The position numbers and the translations under genes were made by a program. A stretch of 52,326 nucleotides of DNA from positions 1 through 52,326 of the IMG/VR virus record IMGVR_UViG_3300012211_000001; one strand, written 5' to 3'. The notes below the pieces were generated by a model. It worked only from the letters and a program-made list of their open reading frames with translations, was not told the origin of the DNA and did not search any database. This document shows, in pieces, positions 28,794-38,762 of the stretch (positions are counted from its first letter, which is position 1; every line of letters begins with the position of its first letter). The stretch is from a virus. Lineage: Duplodnaviria; Caudoviricetes.

Positions 28794-31259
28794 ATGAGCG
28801 GGAGAATCCGCTATCGCATCGACATCTTTGGGGCCGGTGTCCAGACGACAACGGGCGCAATCGATTTCACTCTCCAGACCTCGCAACTCCGCGCCCCACC
28901 AATCCTCGGTGGCCAATTGGTCCGTGCGCCGGAAGGGCGCGTCGAGTCCCAACCTTGGAAACTCTCAGTCTTGGATATCAATTCAACGTTCACCGCCCAC
29001 CTGACGAACAGCTCGGGACGGTTACAACTCCTGGGTCGGTTGACGCGGTTCCGCTCGTCCCTGGATTCGACGGCTAGTTACTCAACCATGTCGGTGGGGC
29101 GGCTGACGGATATCAACCTCGCCGCGGATGTCGCGGGGTGGGACCTCACGATTTCCGATGAGCGCTATCTCGAACGCCAAACCCAAATCTTTGGGCAAGC
29201 AAATACAGCGAGCCTCATTCCACGTGGCGTCATTAATACGTTCCAGCAGATCGCTCCCTTAACGAACTATACCGCACGGTATACCTGGAGGCTCGGTGCC
29301 AAGTCGGGCAACCTGGTTCAACTGATCTATCCCGCGGTATATCTGCGACCCCAGATATCCGGCCATCCCACACTCGGGCTTACGTCCTCCATCCCACAGC
29401 TAATGATGGATGATGTGAAGGTGGATTGCGTCTCTCCCTTCACGACGATGACCGTCGGGAACTTCAAGACCTTGCGGTTTCACAACATCACCAATGGGAC
29501 GGATTATGAGGTGGCGGGGTTTGGCACGCTCGGGCCTGGCACGTTCATCGATCCGACAATCATTGGGTATCTGCAGCGCTTCAACGAGACCAATCCCACG
29601 AACCTCGCGCTAATTGTGGTCTGGCCCACCAGCCAACCGAGCGGCGATGTGACGGGATATCTCTATGCCCCGACGCATTTACCTGACACGACACTGCCAC
29701 AGCATATCGGCGGCTCGACGGGCTTGCACCCGGGGACGGTCGCGCGGAATTGCTACAACGGGGTCTATAACGTCCCTACGGTGCCGAGTTCCACCTCGCT
29801 GAAATTGCGCATCTCGACGGCGGCATTTGATAAGTGGGAACGTGATCCCCACTATGGGCGCGTCTGGTTCCGCATCACTGCGCCGATGACGATGGCGGAT
29901 TTTCTCGAACAGCGGATCTTCGGACCCTATAGCGTCATTCCCCTGATCGACAGCCAGGGACGTATTGCGCCCATGCCCATGCGGCTGCCTAGCACCAACG
30001 ATCCCGTGCCGGCGACCATCCCGACGATCAGTGCGACTAATGCGCGGACGCATCCGACGTGGGAACATCCATCCCGGGAAGCCATCACGGCAGTGCGGTT
30101 GCGCTATGAGTCCTATGGCATGCAACTCGACCGCGACGGCAATCCGCAAATCTCCCCAGCAGCCGATGGCCTAATGGTGCTGACGAAGGAAACCACAAGG
30201 ACGAACGATAACATCACACGCTTGGGCAGGAATGAACGGACGTATCAATTCGGGTCGATTTCCGCTGGACGCACGCCAGTCCCGTTCTTTGCCTTTACGC
30301 CAGGTCGGGAACCGCCGCCGTTGCAGTACGCCGAGACCATGAGCTCTATGCTTGCCCGGCAAATCTTCCCCGTCTATGGGGATGGGCCGCTCTATGTCAG
30401 TGTGGAATGTCAGCGCACCATCGACCAGACGACCCATGGCACGGTGAATCCCGGTGAGTATGTGGCCCTGAACCTGGGGACCTGGCCCAGCCCACAAACG
30501 AATACGCGTGGTGGGAAGGCCTTACTGCGTATTTTGCAGCGGGGTGAGAAGCCGGAAGGTCCCGTGTTTCGGGGACTCTATCTCGGGCCGTCCACCCTGG
30601 GTGCGATTGGCACGCCAGGGATCATCCTGCGGCCTACAACGAATTCCTCGCGGCATACAGTGATTCTGACCGTCTCCAGTGTGCCGGCAGGATCACGGTG
30701 GCTTGCTCAGATTGCCATGACGACCTCGACGGGGGCGAGCGCACCAGCCTCCAGCTCGCCAGCTTGGCAGCCCGCGGGCACGAACACGACCGCCACACTG
30801 ACGCAGACGCTCGGGATGCGGCCGGCGGGGCGCAAACACTTCGTGCGTGTCCGAGCCATCAAAGCGACGCGCATCCTCTCGCCCTGGAGTGCAAGTACCT
30901 TTGCCGTTACCGCCGCGTTACCCGCACCCACGAACTTCGCCACCACAGTGGCCTCAGCGGGGATCGGGACGATCAAGTTCACTTACGGATCAAGTATCTA
31001 TCATACCGAGGTGATGATTGATACTAGTACGGCAGCGACGCTGACTAGTACGAATCGGGTGGATGTGGTTCCTCCAGCCACCACGCGCTATACGTTCTTT
31101 GGTTTATCCACCAATGCCAAGGCGAAGGCTGGTGTGCGGCATCGGGATCCGTGGGGTGGCGTCTCAGCGACCTTGGCAGGAACGATTAGTACGACGGGAA
31201 AGAATTCGACGACTTTGGCAAATCTTCGAGGTATTCAAATCTTGAAGGCGAAACTGTAA
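28794..31259 (+). CDS. Tail tip/hub protein with FN3-like C-terminus
   Basis: 821 aa after TMP; Thr/Ser-rich; HFVRVRA..SPWS. Confidence 0.7.
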   Translation: MSGRIRYRIDIFGAGVQTTTGAIDFTLQTSQLRAPPILGGQLVRAPEGRVESQPWKLSVLDINSTFTAHLTNSSGRLQLLGRLTRFRSSLDSTASYSTMSVGRLTDINLAADVAGWDLTISDERYLERQTQIFGQANTASLIPRGVINTFQQIAPLTNYTARYTWRLGAKSGNLVQLIYPAVYLRPQISGHPTLGLTSSIPQLMMDDVKVDCVSPFTTMTVGNFKTLRFHNITNGTDYEVAGFGTLGPGTFIDPTIIGYLQRFNETNPTNLALIVVWPTSQPSGDVTGYLYAPTHLPDTTLPQHIGGSTGLHPGTVARNCYNGVYNVPTVPSSTSLKLRISTAAFDKWERDPHYGRVWFRITAPMTMADFLEQRIFGPYSVIPLIDSQGRIAPMPMRLPSTNDPVPATIPTISATNARTHPTWEHPSREAITAVRLRYESYGMQLDRDGNPQISPAADGLMVLTKETTRTNDNITRLGRNERTYQFGSISAGRTPVPFFAFTPGREPPPLQYAETMSSMLARQIFPVYGDGPLYVSVECQRTIDQTTHGTVNPGEYVALNLGTWPSPQTNTRGGKALLRILQRGEKPEGPVFRGLYLGPSTLGAIGTPGIILRPTTNSSRHTVILTVSSVPAGSRWLAQIAMTTSTGASAPASSSPAWQPAGTNTTATLTQTLGMRPAGRKHFVRVRAIKATRILSPWSASTFAVTAALPAPTNFATTVASAGIGTIKFTYGSSIYHTEVMIDTSTAATLTSTNRVDVVPPATTRYTFFGLSTNAKAKAGVRHRDPWGGVSATLAGTISTTGKNSTTLANLRGIQILKAKL

Positions 31260-32368
31260 TGGCGAAGCCTGCGAATCTCTCGACCGGCGGTCTCGCGCCC
31301 CGGCGGTACGGCCTTCGGGTCGCAGTGTATCCCTCTGATCCCACCGTGTCCGTGGAAGTCCAGGCAGCCCCCACCACGGCATTTGCGAGTTCACAGACTT
31401 TGAATTTCAAATATCCACCCACCGCGGCGAGTTTCATTCTTTCCACCTTTGAGGTTCCCTATAGTACGAGCCTCTGGTATACGCGGGCCCGTCCGTTCAA
31501 GGCGGGATATACGACTGGGGCGTTTACGGGCATTGTCTCGGATACGCCAGCCTTGTTACAAGAAATGATGCCCATACCCGCGCATACGGCGACGCGAATC
31601 TCATCGCTCGATAATCCGCAAGGTAGCGTGCTGCCTGTACCGTTCGGGGCGAGCCTATTCACGGGCTCATGGGGTGGCATTGGTGTTGGACAGATGTTCG
31701 TGGCGTTCAGCTGGACGAGTCAGACGCTCCGTTACCCAGATGGTTCAACTCTGACGCTCCCAGCCCCCCCAGCAGGGATCGCGCTCGCCGCCGGCGATCT
31801 CAACCAAGTGGCGGGTGGTACGCGAGGCGCGACGACTCTGTTCGCGCGTCGCGGCCTTGTGAAAGACGGGCATGTCTACGCGTTGAGCGGCTCGCAGAGT
31901 TTTGCGGTGAGCGCCAACAACCGCCTGACCGTGGCGGCGCCGACGGCGGTCCCGGGCTACGATGGCTGGTGCGTGATGGTAGACTCGGGGAGCGGCACGA
32001 CGGTGTTTCTGCAGGAGTCGGGCGGGACGCAGTTCCCGATCCCCTTCGGGACGAACTACACGGAACCGACCGCGCACTTCTCAAATGCCGCCGCACAATA
32101 TACGAGTGCCTGGCTCAACGCCGTTGTCTACGTGGACCTGAACGCGAACACGACCTACTACTTCTACCCGACCTTCGATATTGCGCGTGGCTTCGCGCGG
32201 TTCTTTCCCGCTGGCGATGCGATCGGTGATACGGCACCATCGATGGCGGACGCGGCGCTCGCGTGGCTCGATGGTCGGATTGCACTATCGGGGACGGGGA
32301 TGCAGATCGCGGTGGGCGCGGGCGGGGGAAGCGGGAGTCCGACGACGGGGGGAAGTAGGCTGACGTGA
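31259..32368 (+). CDS. Tail fibre / receptor-binding protein
   Basis: Synteny; SWT..TL.YPDG, LNANTTYYFYP. Confidence 0.65.
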   Translation: MAKPANLSTGGLAPRRYGLRVAVYPSDPTVSVEVQAAPTTAFASSQTLNFKYPPTAASFILSTFEVPYSTSLWYTRARPFKAGYTTGAFTGIVSDTPALLQEMMPIPAHTATRISSLDNPQGSVLPVPFGASLFTGSWGGIGVGQMFVAFSWTSQTLRYPDGSTLTLPAPPAGIALAAGDLNQVAGGTRGATTLFARRGLVKDGHVYALSGSQSFAVSANNRLTVAAPTAVPGYDGWCVMVDSGSGTTVFLQESGGTQFPIPFGTNYTEPTAHFSNAAAQYTSAWLNAVVYVDLNANTTYYFYPTFDIARGFARFFPAGDAIGDTAPSMADAALAWLDGRIALSGTGMQIAVGAGGGSGSPTTGGSRLT

Positions 32369-32673
32369 GATACTTCTATACGCTGCCGACGGCGACGCTG
32401 CTCGCGAACCTCCCCAACGGGGAGAGCCAGAGCACCACGACCCCGGGCCGCCCGGACATCTCGGTGGTGGTCGTGGAGCGCTGGAACGACCCGATCAGTC
32501 AGGACGCGTGGGAGGCCCTGCCGGGCGTCGTGGAGCACACCATCTGGAACTGGAACGGGCTGGTCCCAGCCGGGTGGGTCGCCGCGCTCGGCCCGTGGGG
32601 GGTGCTAGCGACGGACACCATCGGGCAGGCGCTGCGGAAGATCCGCGCGTTCTGGCCGGCGGCGCGGCACTAG
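32365..32673 (+). CDS. Hypothetical (fibre-associated) protein
   Basis: GTGA overlap; high GC3 like the fibre 3' half. Confidence 0.55.
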   Translation: MRYFYTLPTATLLANLPNGESQSTTTPGRPDISVVVVERWNDPISQDAWEALPGVVEHTIWNWNGLVPAGWVAALGPWGVLATDTIGQALRKIRAFWPAARH

Positions 32674-33068
32674 CACTCGGTGCTGTCGAGCCGATTGGTG
32701 AGGAGGATGTTCTGACCGTCGCGGGCGACCATCACACTATCGCGCTGGAAATAGTCGGGATACTGTGAGAAGTGGACCCACGGAGTGATCACATCGGCAT
32801 ACGCGCCAGGATGTGTCTGGGATACGTCCTCGACTTTCGTGTAGAGCGAATCGAAGCTTTGCGTCCAGCGCTGGCAAACCGTGGTATTCGGACTCACGGT
32901 CACGGTATCGTACTTCATTGCACCGATGGAATCAGTGGCCCAGATGAACGTCACGTTGTCGCCCGTAAGATTCACGATCAGCACGCTGGGATCAGTGCGC
33001 ATTGGTCCAGTGGGAAACGATTTCGCGCAGGCTGTTACCACCACGAGCAATGCCAACAAGATTTTCAC
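32670..33068 (-). CDS. Lipoprotein (moron-like)
   Basis: GGAG RBS, GTG start, MKILLALLVVVTA|C lipobox. Confidence 0.7.
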   Translation of the reverse strand: MKILLALLVVVTACAKSFPTGPMRTDPSVLIVNLTGDNVTFIWATDSIGAMKYDTVTVSPNTTVCQRWTQSFDSLYTKVEDVSQTHPGAYADVITPWVHFSQYPDYFQRDSVMVARDGQNILLTNRLDSTEC

Positions 33069-33078
33069 ATCCGCTCCC

Positions 33079-33213
33079 TTACGATTTGTCAAGAATTGCA
33101 TGAAGAATCCCATACGCGATGAGGACTATCAAGCTGGAAATCAGCGACCAAAGCGCCAGTTTGCTGATCGCTCGGAGAATGCCCCGTTCGACTGCAGCAG
33201 CAAGGTCGTCCAT
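33079..33213 (-). CDS. Small membrane protein
   Basis: Single TM helix upstream of the lipoprotein. Confidence 0.4.
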   Translation of the reverse strand: MDDLAAAVERGILRAISKLALWSLISSLIVLIAYGILHAILDKS

Positions 33214-33348
33214 GGTGTCAAAGATAGGAGTAGGTGTGTTTGATGGTAGCGAGAAGATTTCCCGTGCGGAAGCCGAATCGCGCCGAAGTGTCGCATTCTG
33301 CAAGCCATGGATGGTGGCAGATTCCATCCCCATAGCCCATTTTAGGCC

Positions 33349-33693
33349 ATGAATATACCGTCAGGACCTGCGTGGGCCGTCGCGATTGGTATGATCTTTA
33401 CTGGCCTGGCAGTGCTCCTGAAGGCTGGTGTTCCCGTAGTCCAAGCGATCCGCCGCAATGGACCGAATGGACGGAACGATGCACTCGCACGTCAGGAAGC
33501 GGTCACTGAGATCAAAACACACATTGATGGTGAGGCGAAAGAATCGCGTGATCGCCAGGAGAAAATCATGGGGAACATTGATAAAACGCGGCATGACCTC
33601 GCGACGCCGCTCGCGACAATCGCCCTCACGGTGGCCCTGATGGAGCAGACGCTGATTGAGATTCGCGACGATCTGCGGCGTGGGCGTCCATGA
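33349..33693 (+). CDS. Holin/antiholin-like membrane protein
   Basis: N-terminal TM plus coiled coil, first gene of lysis region. Confidence 0.55.
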   Translation: MNIPSGPAWAVAIGMIFTGLAVLLKAGVPVVQAIRRNGPNGRNDALARQEAVTEIKTHIDGEAKESRDRQEKIMGNIDKTRHDLATPLATIALTVALMEQTLIEIRDDLRRGRP

Positions 33694-34040
33694 TCGCCCT
33701 CTTGTTGCTGCTCCAGATCGCCCCTATGCGAACCTACTGGCCCACAACGGTTGCCAAGCTGTGGAGCGGCACCAACACGCATACGCATGTGATGGTCACG
33801 GGGATCGTCGCCTATACACGACTGGAGGCAGACTCCGACTTTCATGTGCGGCTCGTGACCGATAGTGCGGCACTCCATGACTCAACCGCGGCGTTCCTCG
33901 TGGTGGAGATCATTCCTGCGATTCCCTTGCCTCATCCTAAAGTCGGAACCCGAATCACGGTCTATGGGATTTATCGCCGTGATCCAGAACACCGGAATTG
34001 GGCCGAAATCCACCCATGTGAACGCTGGACTCATCCATGA
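33690..34040 (+). CDS. Exported OB-fold-like protein
   Basis: Hydrophobic N-terminus; VTG....EADSDFHVRL, PKVGTRITVYG, WAEIHP. Confidence 0.55.
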   Translation: MIALLLLLQIAPMRTYWPTTVAKLWSGTNTHTHVMVTGIVAYTRLEADSDFHVRLVTDSAALHDSTAAFLVVEIIPAIPLPHPKVGTRITVYGIYRRDPEHRNWAEIHPCERWTHP

Positions 34041-34237
34041 CGCTCAGTCCTGCGCAGAAGAAACTGCTGCATACCGTCATCGGGATGGCGGGGGCCAGTG
34101 GTGGCTATATCGGCGTCAATGCCCTTCCCCTTCCCCCGAGTCTCAAAGTCCCCTTGTTGGGATTGTGTGTCGGCGTCATCATCCGCGGGGCGGGGTGGCT
34201 GTTGGCGAAGATCGACACTGAGCCGGCGAAACCATGA
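34037..34237 (+). CDS. Putative holin
   Basis: 66 aa, two TM segments, directly before lysozyme. Confidence 0.55.
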   Translation: MTLSPAQKKLLHTVIGMAGASGGYIGVNALPLPPSLKVPLLGLCVGVIIRGAGWLLAKIDTEPAKP

Positions 34238-34695
34238 ACATCAGCGATGATGGGATTGCTGCGATTCAACAGCGTGAGGGGACTGTCCTAACCATGTATC
34301 GGGACTCCGCTTCGTTGCCAACTATCGGAACTGGGCATCTGCTTACGAAAGACGAGTTGTCCAGCGGCAAGGTGCTGGCGACGGATTGGAAAGACGGCAT
34401 CACGCCAGCGCTCGCTGAGGATTTGCTGAAGCGGGATCTCGCGGCCGCGCAAGCGGTAGTGAATGCGGCGATTACCGTTCCGCTCGTGCAGTATCAGTTT
34501 GATGCGCTGGTGAGTTTCGCGTTTAACGTAGGCTCGATGGCCTTTCGTCAATCGACGTTAGCGCGTATCCTGAACGCAGGAGACTATCTCGGTGTCCCCG
34601 CCCAGCTTCAGCGGTGGATACACAGTGCGGGGGTGGTTGATCCGGGGCTCATCGCCCGGCGCAAGAGTGAAATCGCCCAGTGGGAAAACACCTAG
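34234..34695 (+). CDS. Endolysin, GH24 lysozyme
   Basis: REG..YRDS..PTIGTGH, QFDALVSFAFNVG, GLIARRKSE. Confidence 0.93.
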   Translation: MNISDDGIAAIQQREGTVLTMYRDSASLPTIGTGHLLTKDELSSGKVLATDWKDGITPALAEDLLKRDLAAAQAVVNAAITVPLVQYQFDALVSFAFNVGSMAFRQSTLARILNAGDYLGVPAQLQRWIHSAGVVDPGLIARRKSEIAQWENT

Positions 34696-34705
34696 GAGGC
34701 TAGGG

Positions 34706-34891
34706 ATGTCGAGTGCACTGATTGCCAAAGCGGTTGAGCGTATCGGACTCATCGTCGCTGGTGCCGGCGCCGGGTCGCTGATCGCCGTGGGTACGGGGAT
34801 AGCGAAAGTCGGCCTCGTCCTCGGGCTGCTCGCTGCCGGTGGTGCCTACGGCTATTCGCGCTATCTCGCTTCTGAGAAGCAGAGTTTCTGA
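34706..34891 (+). CDS. Small membrane protein
   Basis: GGAGG RBS; two hydrophobic segments. Confidence 0.55.
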   Translation: MSSALIAKAVERIGLIVAGAGAGSLIAVGTGIAKVGLVLGLLAAGGAYGYSRYLASEKQSF

Positions 34892-35472
34892 AGATTGATC
34901 CGCTGGTTCTCCTGCTCGCTGGAGTGGCAGTTGGCGGTCTCGCCTTTGGGACCTGTCAGGCTAGTCGAGCCACCGATGCCGAGATCCGGCTCCAAGATGC
35001 CCTCACCGCCCAGAAGGATTCCGCCTCCCACTGGCGAACCGCACGAGAGGGCCTCACGGTGCGCCTACAGACGCTCCAGCGCGATTCCGGGGTCTTAGCC
35101 CTCAATCTGGCTAGGGCTACCGGGGCTGCCCAGCGGGCTTCCCAACGCGCTGAGAGCCTATTCCTGCGTCTCCCAGATACCCTTCGTGTCGGGGTGCGCC
35201 TCGTCTTTGACTCTCTGGCGGGCGAAACGATCGCATGCCGTGGCATGCTTATGAATGCTGAGGCACGGGGCCAGAATTGCGAGCAGCGCGCGCGGGGGGA
35301 TTCGATCCAACTCACTCAGACCGTCCGTCTCCTCCTCCAAACGGAGGCTGCATGGCATATCGAACAGCAGAAGAATCGCCCCGGGTTCTTGGGCCTCCGC
35401 AGTTTTTGGCACGCCCGGAGCTGGACTATTCCCCTCGCAGCCATCTCAGCGCTCCTCATCCTGCGCCGGTAG
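34888..35472 (+). CDS. Spanin-like (Rz-like) protein, possible CTG start
   Basis: N-terminal TM, coiled coil, after endolysin; CTGA overlap. Confidence 0.55.
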   Translation: MKIDPLVLLLAGVAVGGLAFGTCQASRATDAEIRLQDALTAQKDSASHWRTAREGLTVRLQTLQRDSGVLALNLARATGAAQRASQRAESLFLRLPDTLRVGVRLVFDSLAGETIACRGMLMNAEARGQNCEQRARGDSIQLTQTVRLLLQTEAAWHIEQQKNRPGFLGLRSFWHARSWTIPLAAISALLILRR

Positions 35473-36002
35473 CCGTCATTCTGCTGTGCCTCACGTTCCT
35501 GCTGAGTAACTGGGCGAGTTATCGCGCCGGACGGAGAGACGAATCGCGCACCCAGTTGGGATACCTTCTTGCTGCGGCGCCGGCGCTTGAGCAACTCCAA
35601 GCGGCGACTCGGAGCGCTGATTCGTTGTCGATGCGGTTTCTGCTCCAGATGGGACGGCTCCGCAGACACCGCTAATCGGCCCACCGTCATGGAAAATGCA
35701 TAACTCAAAACGTGACTCAGGTCGCTGGCAATACACCTTGCGATGAAACGTGCAGTTGAGTACGTGCCAAATCCCCCCCAACGCGACATCTTGGGTGAAC
35801 TCCATATCAACAATGAGACCATCGCCGAGTGTATCGAGCCGAGTCATTATTGGTTCTCTCTTTCGAAAGTGTCCCGTACATTGAAAATCGCCCGCGCGGC
35901 GCTGAGTCGGGGAAATGTAGGTAGGTACTCAGAGCTAGCCGGTTTACCCGCCGGCCCGGACATCCTCGGGTGACCGGTCTCGTCCGAGAATAGCCCTTTT
36001 CC

Positions 36003-36084
36003 CTACCCACACTCAACCTTGCCAGACCCGACCACACCACGCCGTGCCACACCGGACCATACCCAAGCCCCGCCTTACCTGACC
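36003..36084 (-). repeat. GGY-NN pentamer array B (~14-16 units), putative guide ncRNA
   Basis: Minus strand: GGTCA GGTAA GGCGG GGCTT(G) GGTAT GGTCC GGTGT GGCAC GGCGT GGTGT GGTCG GGTCT GGCAA GGTTG. Confidence 0.8.
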
Positions 36085-36205
36085 ACGCGAGAAATTTGCA
36101 CTAACATGAAGCCCTTCGCGACTTCGGGGTGCGCATCCACTCGGCGCGCGGTGATCTCGCGATCTGACGGTCATTCCGAAACAGCGTCCCCGCGAGCGCG
36201 TTCAT
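36075..36205 (-). pseudogene. RusA-like resolvase C-terminal remnant, frameshifted
   Basis: NALAGTLFRNDRQI then, in another frame, REITARRVD...MLVQISRV*. Confidence 0.5.
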
Positions 36206-37155
36206 TCCCAGTTCGGTAGGGTGCCCCATGTCTTGGCCAACTTCTTATATTCGGTTGCCCCGACGAGGGTAATGGGAATGTGGGGATAGTAGCGGGCCAT
36301 GCGCGCCAGTTTGGTCTTAGACTTCGGGTCCATCCAGCCCTTTACCTCCACATAGAAGCTTGTATCGTCGGGGCGGTCTACTCGGAAATCTGGAGTATAG
36401 GAACGGCATCCCCGTTTGATGTTCTTGAACCAAAAGGTGATGGGTTCATAGGCCCAGCGCTTGATGGCTCCCGACGACAACAGGAAGTTGAGAAACCGCG
36501 CATAGTTCGCTTCCCATCGCGAGCGGAAGAACCTGTTCTCCAGATCGACCCTGCGTCCTACCTTGCTTCGACCGTTATACCATCTTCCTCCACGCCTAAG
36601 TCGCTGGCTGGCAGCTAGCGCCAGTTTCGTTCGTGTCTCTGGTGTAAAGGGATTGTGGCAACGGTGGTCAGAGGCTGCTCGTAACTTGGCGCGAGTCTCA
36701 GCGGAATGCGTATGTCCAGTATAGGTGCAACCCTGCGCAGCCGGATGACCCCGTTGCCGAGCGCGTAAAGAAGCTGCGTCCTTGGTAGCCTGTCGCTGAG
36801 GCCACTTCTTATCCAAGGGCCATTCCAAACCCAATTGATGAGCTACTCTTGAGATGCTTGTGACAGGACAGCCCAATTCTACTGCTAGTCGTTTTCGGTC
36901 AGGGGCGACAGGGCCAGCATACTCGCGGCGGATACGAGCCAGGGCCGCATCACTCCAAACTCGCTTAGGACTGGCTCTGAGACAACCGCAGGATTTGGTA
37001 GCGCCTTTCCTGATTTCGCCCCCGTCTATCCACTTCTCGGTTCCACAATCGCAGCGGCAGAACCAAGAGAGGTGGCCGCTATTTCCTAGCCGAGAGTTAG
37101 CGGTCACGGTGAGGCGACCCCAGCGTGTCCCAGCCATCGGTTTTCGCGTATTCAC
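36202..37155 (-). CDS. PD-(D/E)XK endonuclease with homing-endonuclease-type DNA-binding modules
   Basis: [17 protein letters not shown]; NUMOD3-like HSAETRAKL; RSRWEA..YEP..YTPDF..VEVKG. Confidence 0.8.
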   Translation of the reverse strand: MNTRKPMAGTRWGRLTVTANSRLGNSGHLSWFCRCDCGTEKWIDGGEIRKGATKSCGCLRASPKRVWSDAALARIRREYAGPVAPDRKRLAVELGCPVTSISRVAHQLGLEWPLDKKWPQRQATKDAASLRARQRGHPAAQGCTYTGHTHSAETRAKLRAASDHRCHNPFTPETRTKLALAASQRLRRGGRWYNGRSKVGRRVDLENRFFRSRWEANYARFLNFLLSSGAIKRWAYEPITFWFKNIKRGCRSYTPDFRVDRPDDTSFYVEVKGWMDPKSKTKLARMARYYPHIPITLVGATEYKKLAKTWGTLPNWE

Positions 37156-37156
37156 G

Positions 37157-37360
37157 CTAGGAAGTTAACCCGTAGACGCATCGGGTGATGGGTTCAGAGG
37201 CTTTGGGAGAGACGAATACCACATCGGGATACGGTAGTTTGGCCTTCGCCCATGCGGTGTGGAAATCGCAGACACCATACCAGTCCCCCTGCCAGTGCGC
37301 CCGACGTACGATATTGGTCACAGGTTTGCTGCACTGATCAACTGCGGGAGCCTTTGTCAT
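37157..37360 (-). CDS. Hypothetical protein
   Basis: Operon packing; CDFH motif. Confidence 0.45.
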   Translation of the reverse strand: MTKAPAVDQCSKPVTNIVRRAHWQGDWYGVCDFHTAWAKAKLPYPDVVFVSPKASEPITRCVYGLTS

Positions 37361-37547
37361 GCTTCCAGCTCGGACGCTTTAGCCCAGCCGCAAAGGTGAA
37401 CTTCCGGGGCGGCAGTGGGAATCGTGGCATCCCGAACTGGAGCAACTCCAGCGCTTCTTCCAACAGCGTCCCGTGGCGCGGATACCCAGCGAGTCTACGC
37501 TCATAGGCATCGAGCATCGCCGTGCGCAGTTCGTTTGAGAGGATCAA
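37338..37547 (-). CDS. Hypothetical protein
   Basis: Operon packing. Confidence 0.4.
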   Translation of the reverse strand: MILSNELRTAMLDAYERRLAGYPRHGTLLEEALELLQFGMPRFPLPPRKFTFAAGLKRPSWKHDKGSRS

Positions 37548-37704
37548 AAGGGCGAATCTTCCGGGCGCTCGGCCCGAACTGCTTGGATCAGATTGTCGAT
37601 CAGTTGCCAGAGCATACTGGGGCGCGGGGGCAGGGGTTCGTTCGGAATCGTATGCGTCTTGAGATACTCGGCCAGTCTCTCGCGGGCGGCTTGGGTTACA
37701 GGGC

Positions 37705-37959
37705 TCATGGGGCTACCGCCTTGAGGGCTGCCCCGATGAGAAACATGATTTTCGCCCAGAGCTGTTTATCTTCCGAATCCGCGACCAGCGTTTTCCCAGC
37801 CCACAATTCGATTCGCAACTTGGCGCGTCCTGCTGCGGGTAACGATGCTACAGGAGTCATGGAATCCGTCCTTGTTTCCAGAACTGGTAGGCAGAAATGC
37901 GATAGCGCCCCCACACGAAGCCACAGTGGAATGCGAATAGCATCGTCAGCAGCGACCAT
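37705..37959 (-). CDS. Hypothetical protein
   Basis: Operon packing. Confidence 0.4.
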   Translation of the reverse strand: MVAADDAIRIPLWLRVGALSHFCLPVLETRTDSMTPVASLPAAGRAKLRIELWAGKTLVADSEDKQLWAKIMFLIGAALKAVAP

Positions 37960-37999
37960 GCGGCACCGACTACCACGGCGACGCCGATTCCAAATATGG

Positions 38000-38719
38000 T
38001 CATGGTGGGGTCTGGTCCTCCGAGATGGCCCCGAACGGGACTTCGGGCAATCCGTTCAGTTCTAGCACGCCTTGATCTAGACGCCGCGCGGCGACTTCGC
38101 AGTACCGCTCCTCCAACTCCACGCCAATCGCTCGGCGGTTGCAGTTCTTGGCCGCGACGAGCGTGGTGCCGCTGCCCATAAATGGATCGAGGACGATGCC
38201 GTCCGGGTGACAGACTTTCTCCACGAGCCATGTCCATGTCTTGATGGGCTTGGGGCAGGGATGGCCGTTCTGGCGCGCTGCTTCTGTCGTCTGCTTGCCC
38301 GTTGGATGCTGTCCCTTGCCGCGTCGCCAATCGCGCCCATAGTACAGAATTGGCGTGAATACTGTCATCCCCCACGGGCCGTGCGTTGTCGCGGCGGGGC
38401 GCCAGAAACATCCCACATCGGTCGCCTTCGGATAAGCCCAGATGTTCAGCGGCGCGCACGTCAGCGCTCCAGCATCTACCACCGTCAGCCAGTGTTCGAT
38501 GACGCGCACCGTCACTCGCTCAAGATTGGCGGCGTCATCTACGAACCCTGCGCGGTAATGCGCCTTCCCGGATCGGTGCAGGTCGCCGTGATCCTTGTCC
38601 AGCGATTCGGCCATAGCGTAAGGAGGATCGGTCACGAACGCCGTAGCCTGCACCCGTAGAAAATCGCGGGCATCTCCGTGGTAAATGGTGATGCCGTCGC
38701 ACTCATAATACGGCTTCAT
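38000..38719 (-). CDS. DNA amino-methyltransferase (N4C/N6A, beta class)
   Basis: MKPYY..IYHGD, TDPPY, HPCPKP, VLDPFMGSGTT. Confidence 0.93.
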   Translation of the reverse strand: MKPYYECDGITIYHGDARDFLRVQATAFVTDPPYAMAESLDKDHGDLHRSGKAHYRAGFVDDAANLERVTVRVIEHWLTVVDAGALTCAPLNIWAYPKATDVGCFWRPAATTHGPWGMTVFTPILYYGRDWRRGKGQHPTGKQTTEAARQNGHPCPKPIKTWTWLVEKVCHPDGIVLDPFMGSGTTLVAAKNCNRRAIGVELEERYCEVAARRLDQGVLELNGLPEVPFGAISEDQTPP

Positions 38720-38762
38720 GGGTCTCCCAGAGAGCGGAGGATCGCCCCGCCTGTGTAGTTGT

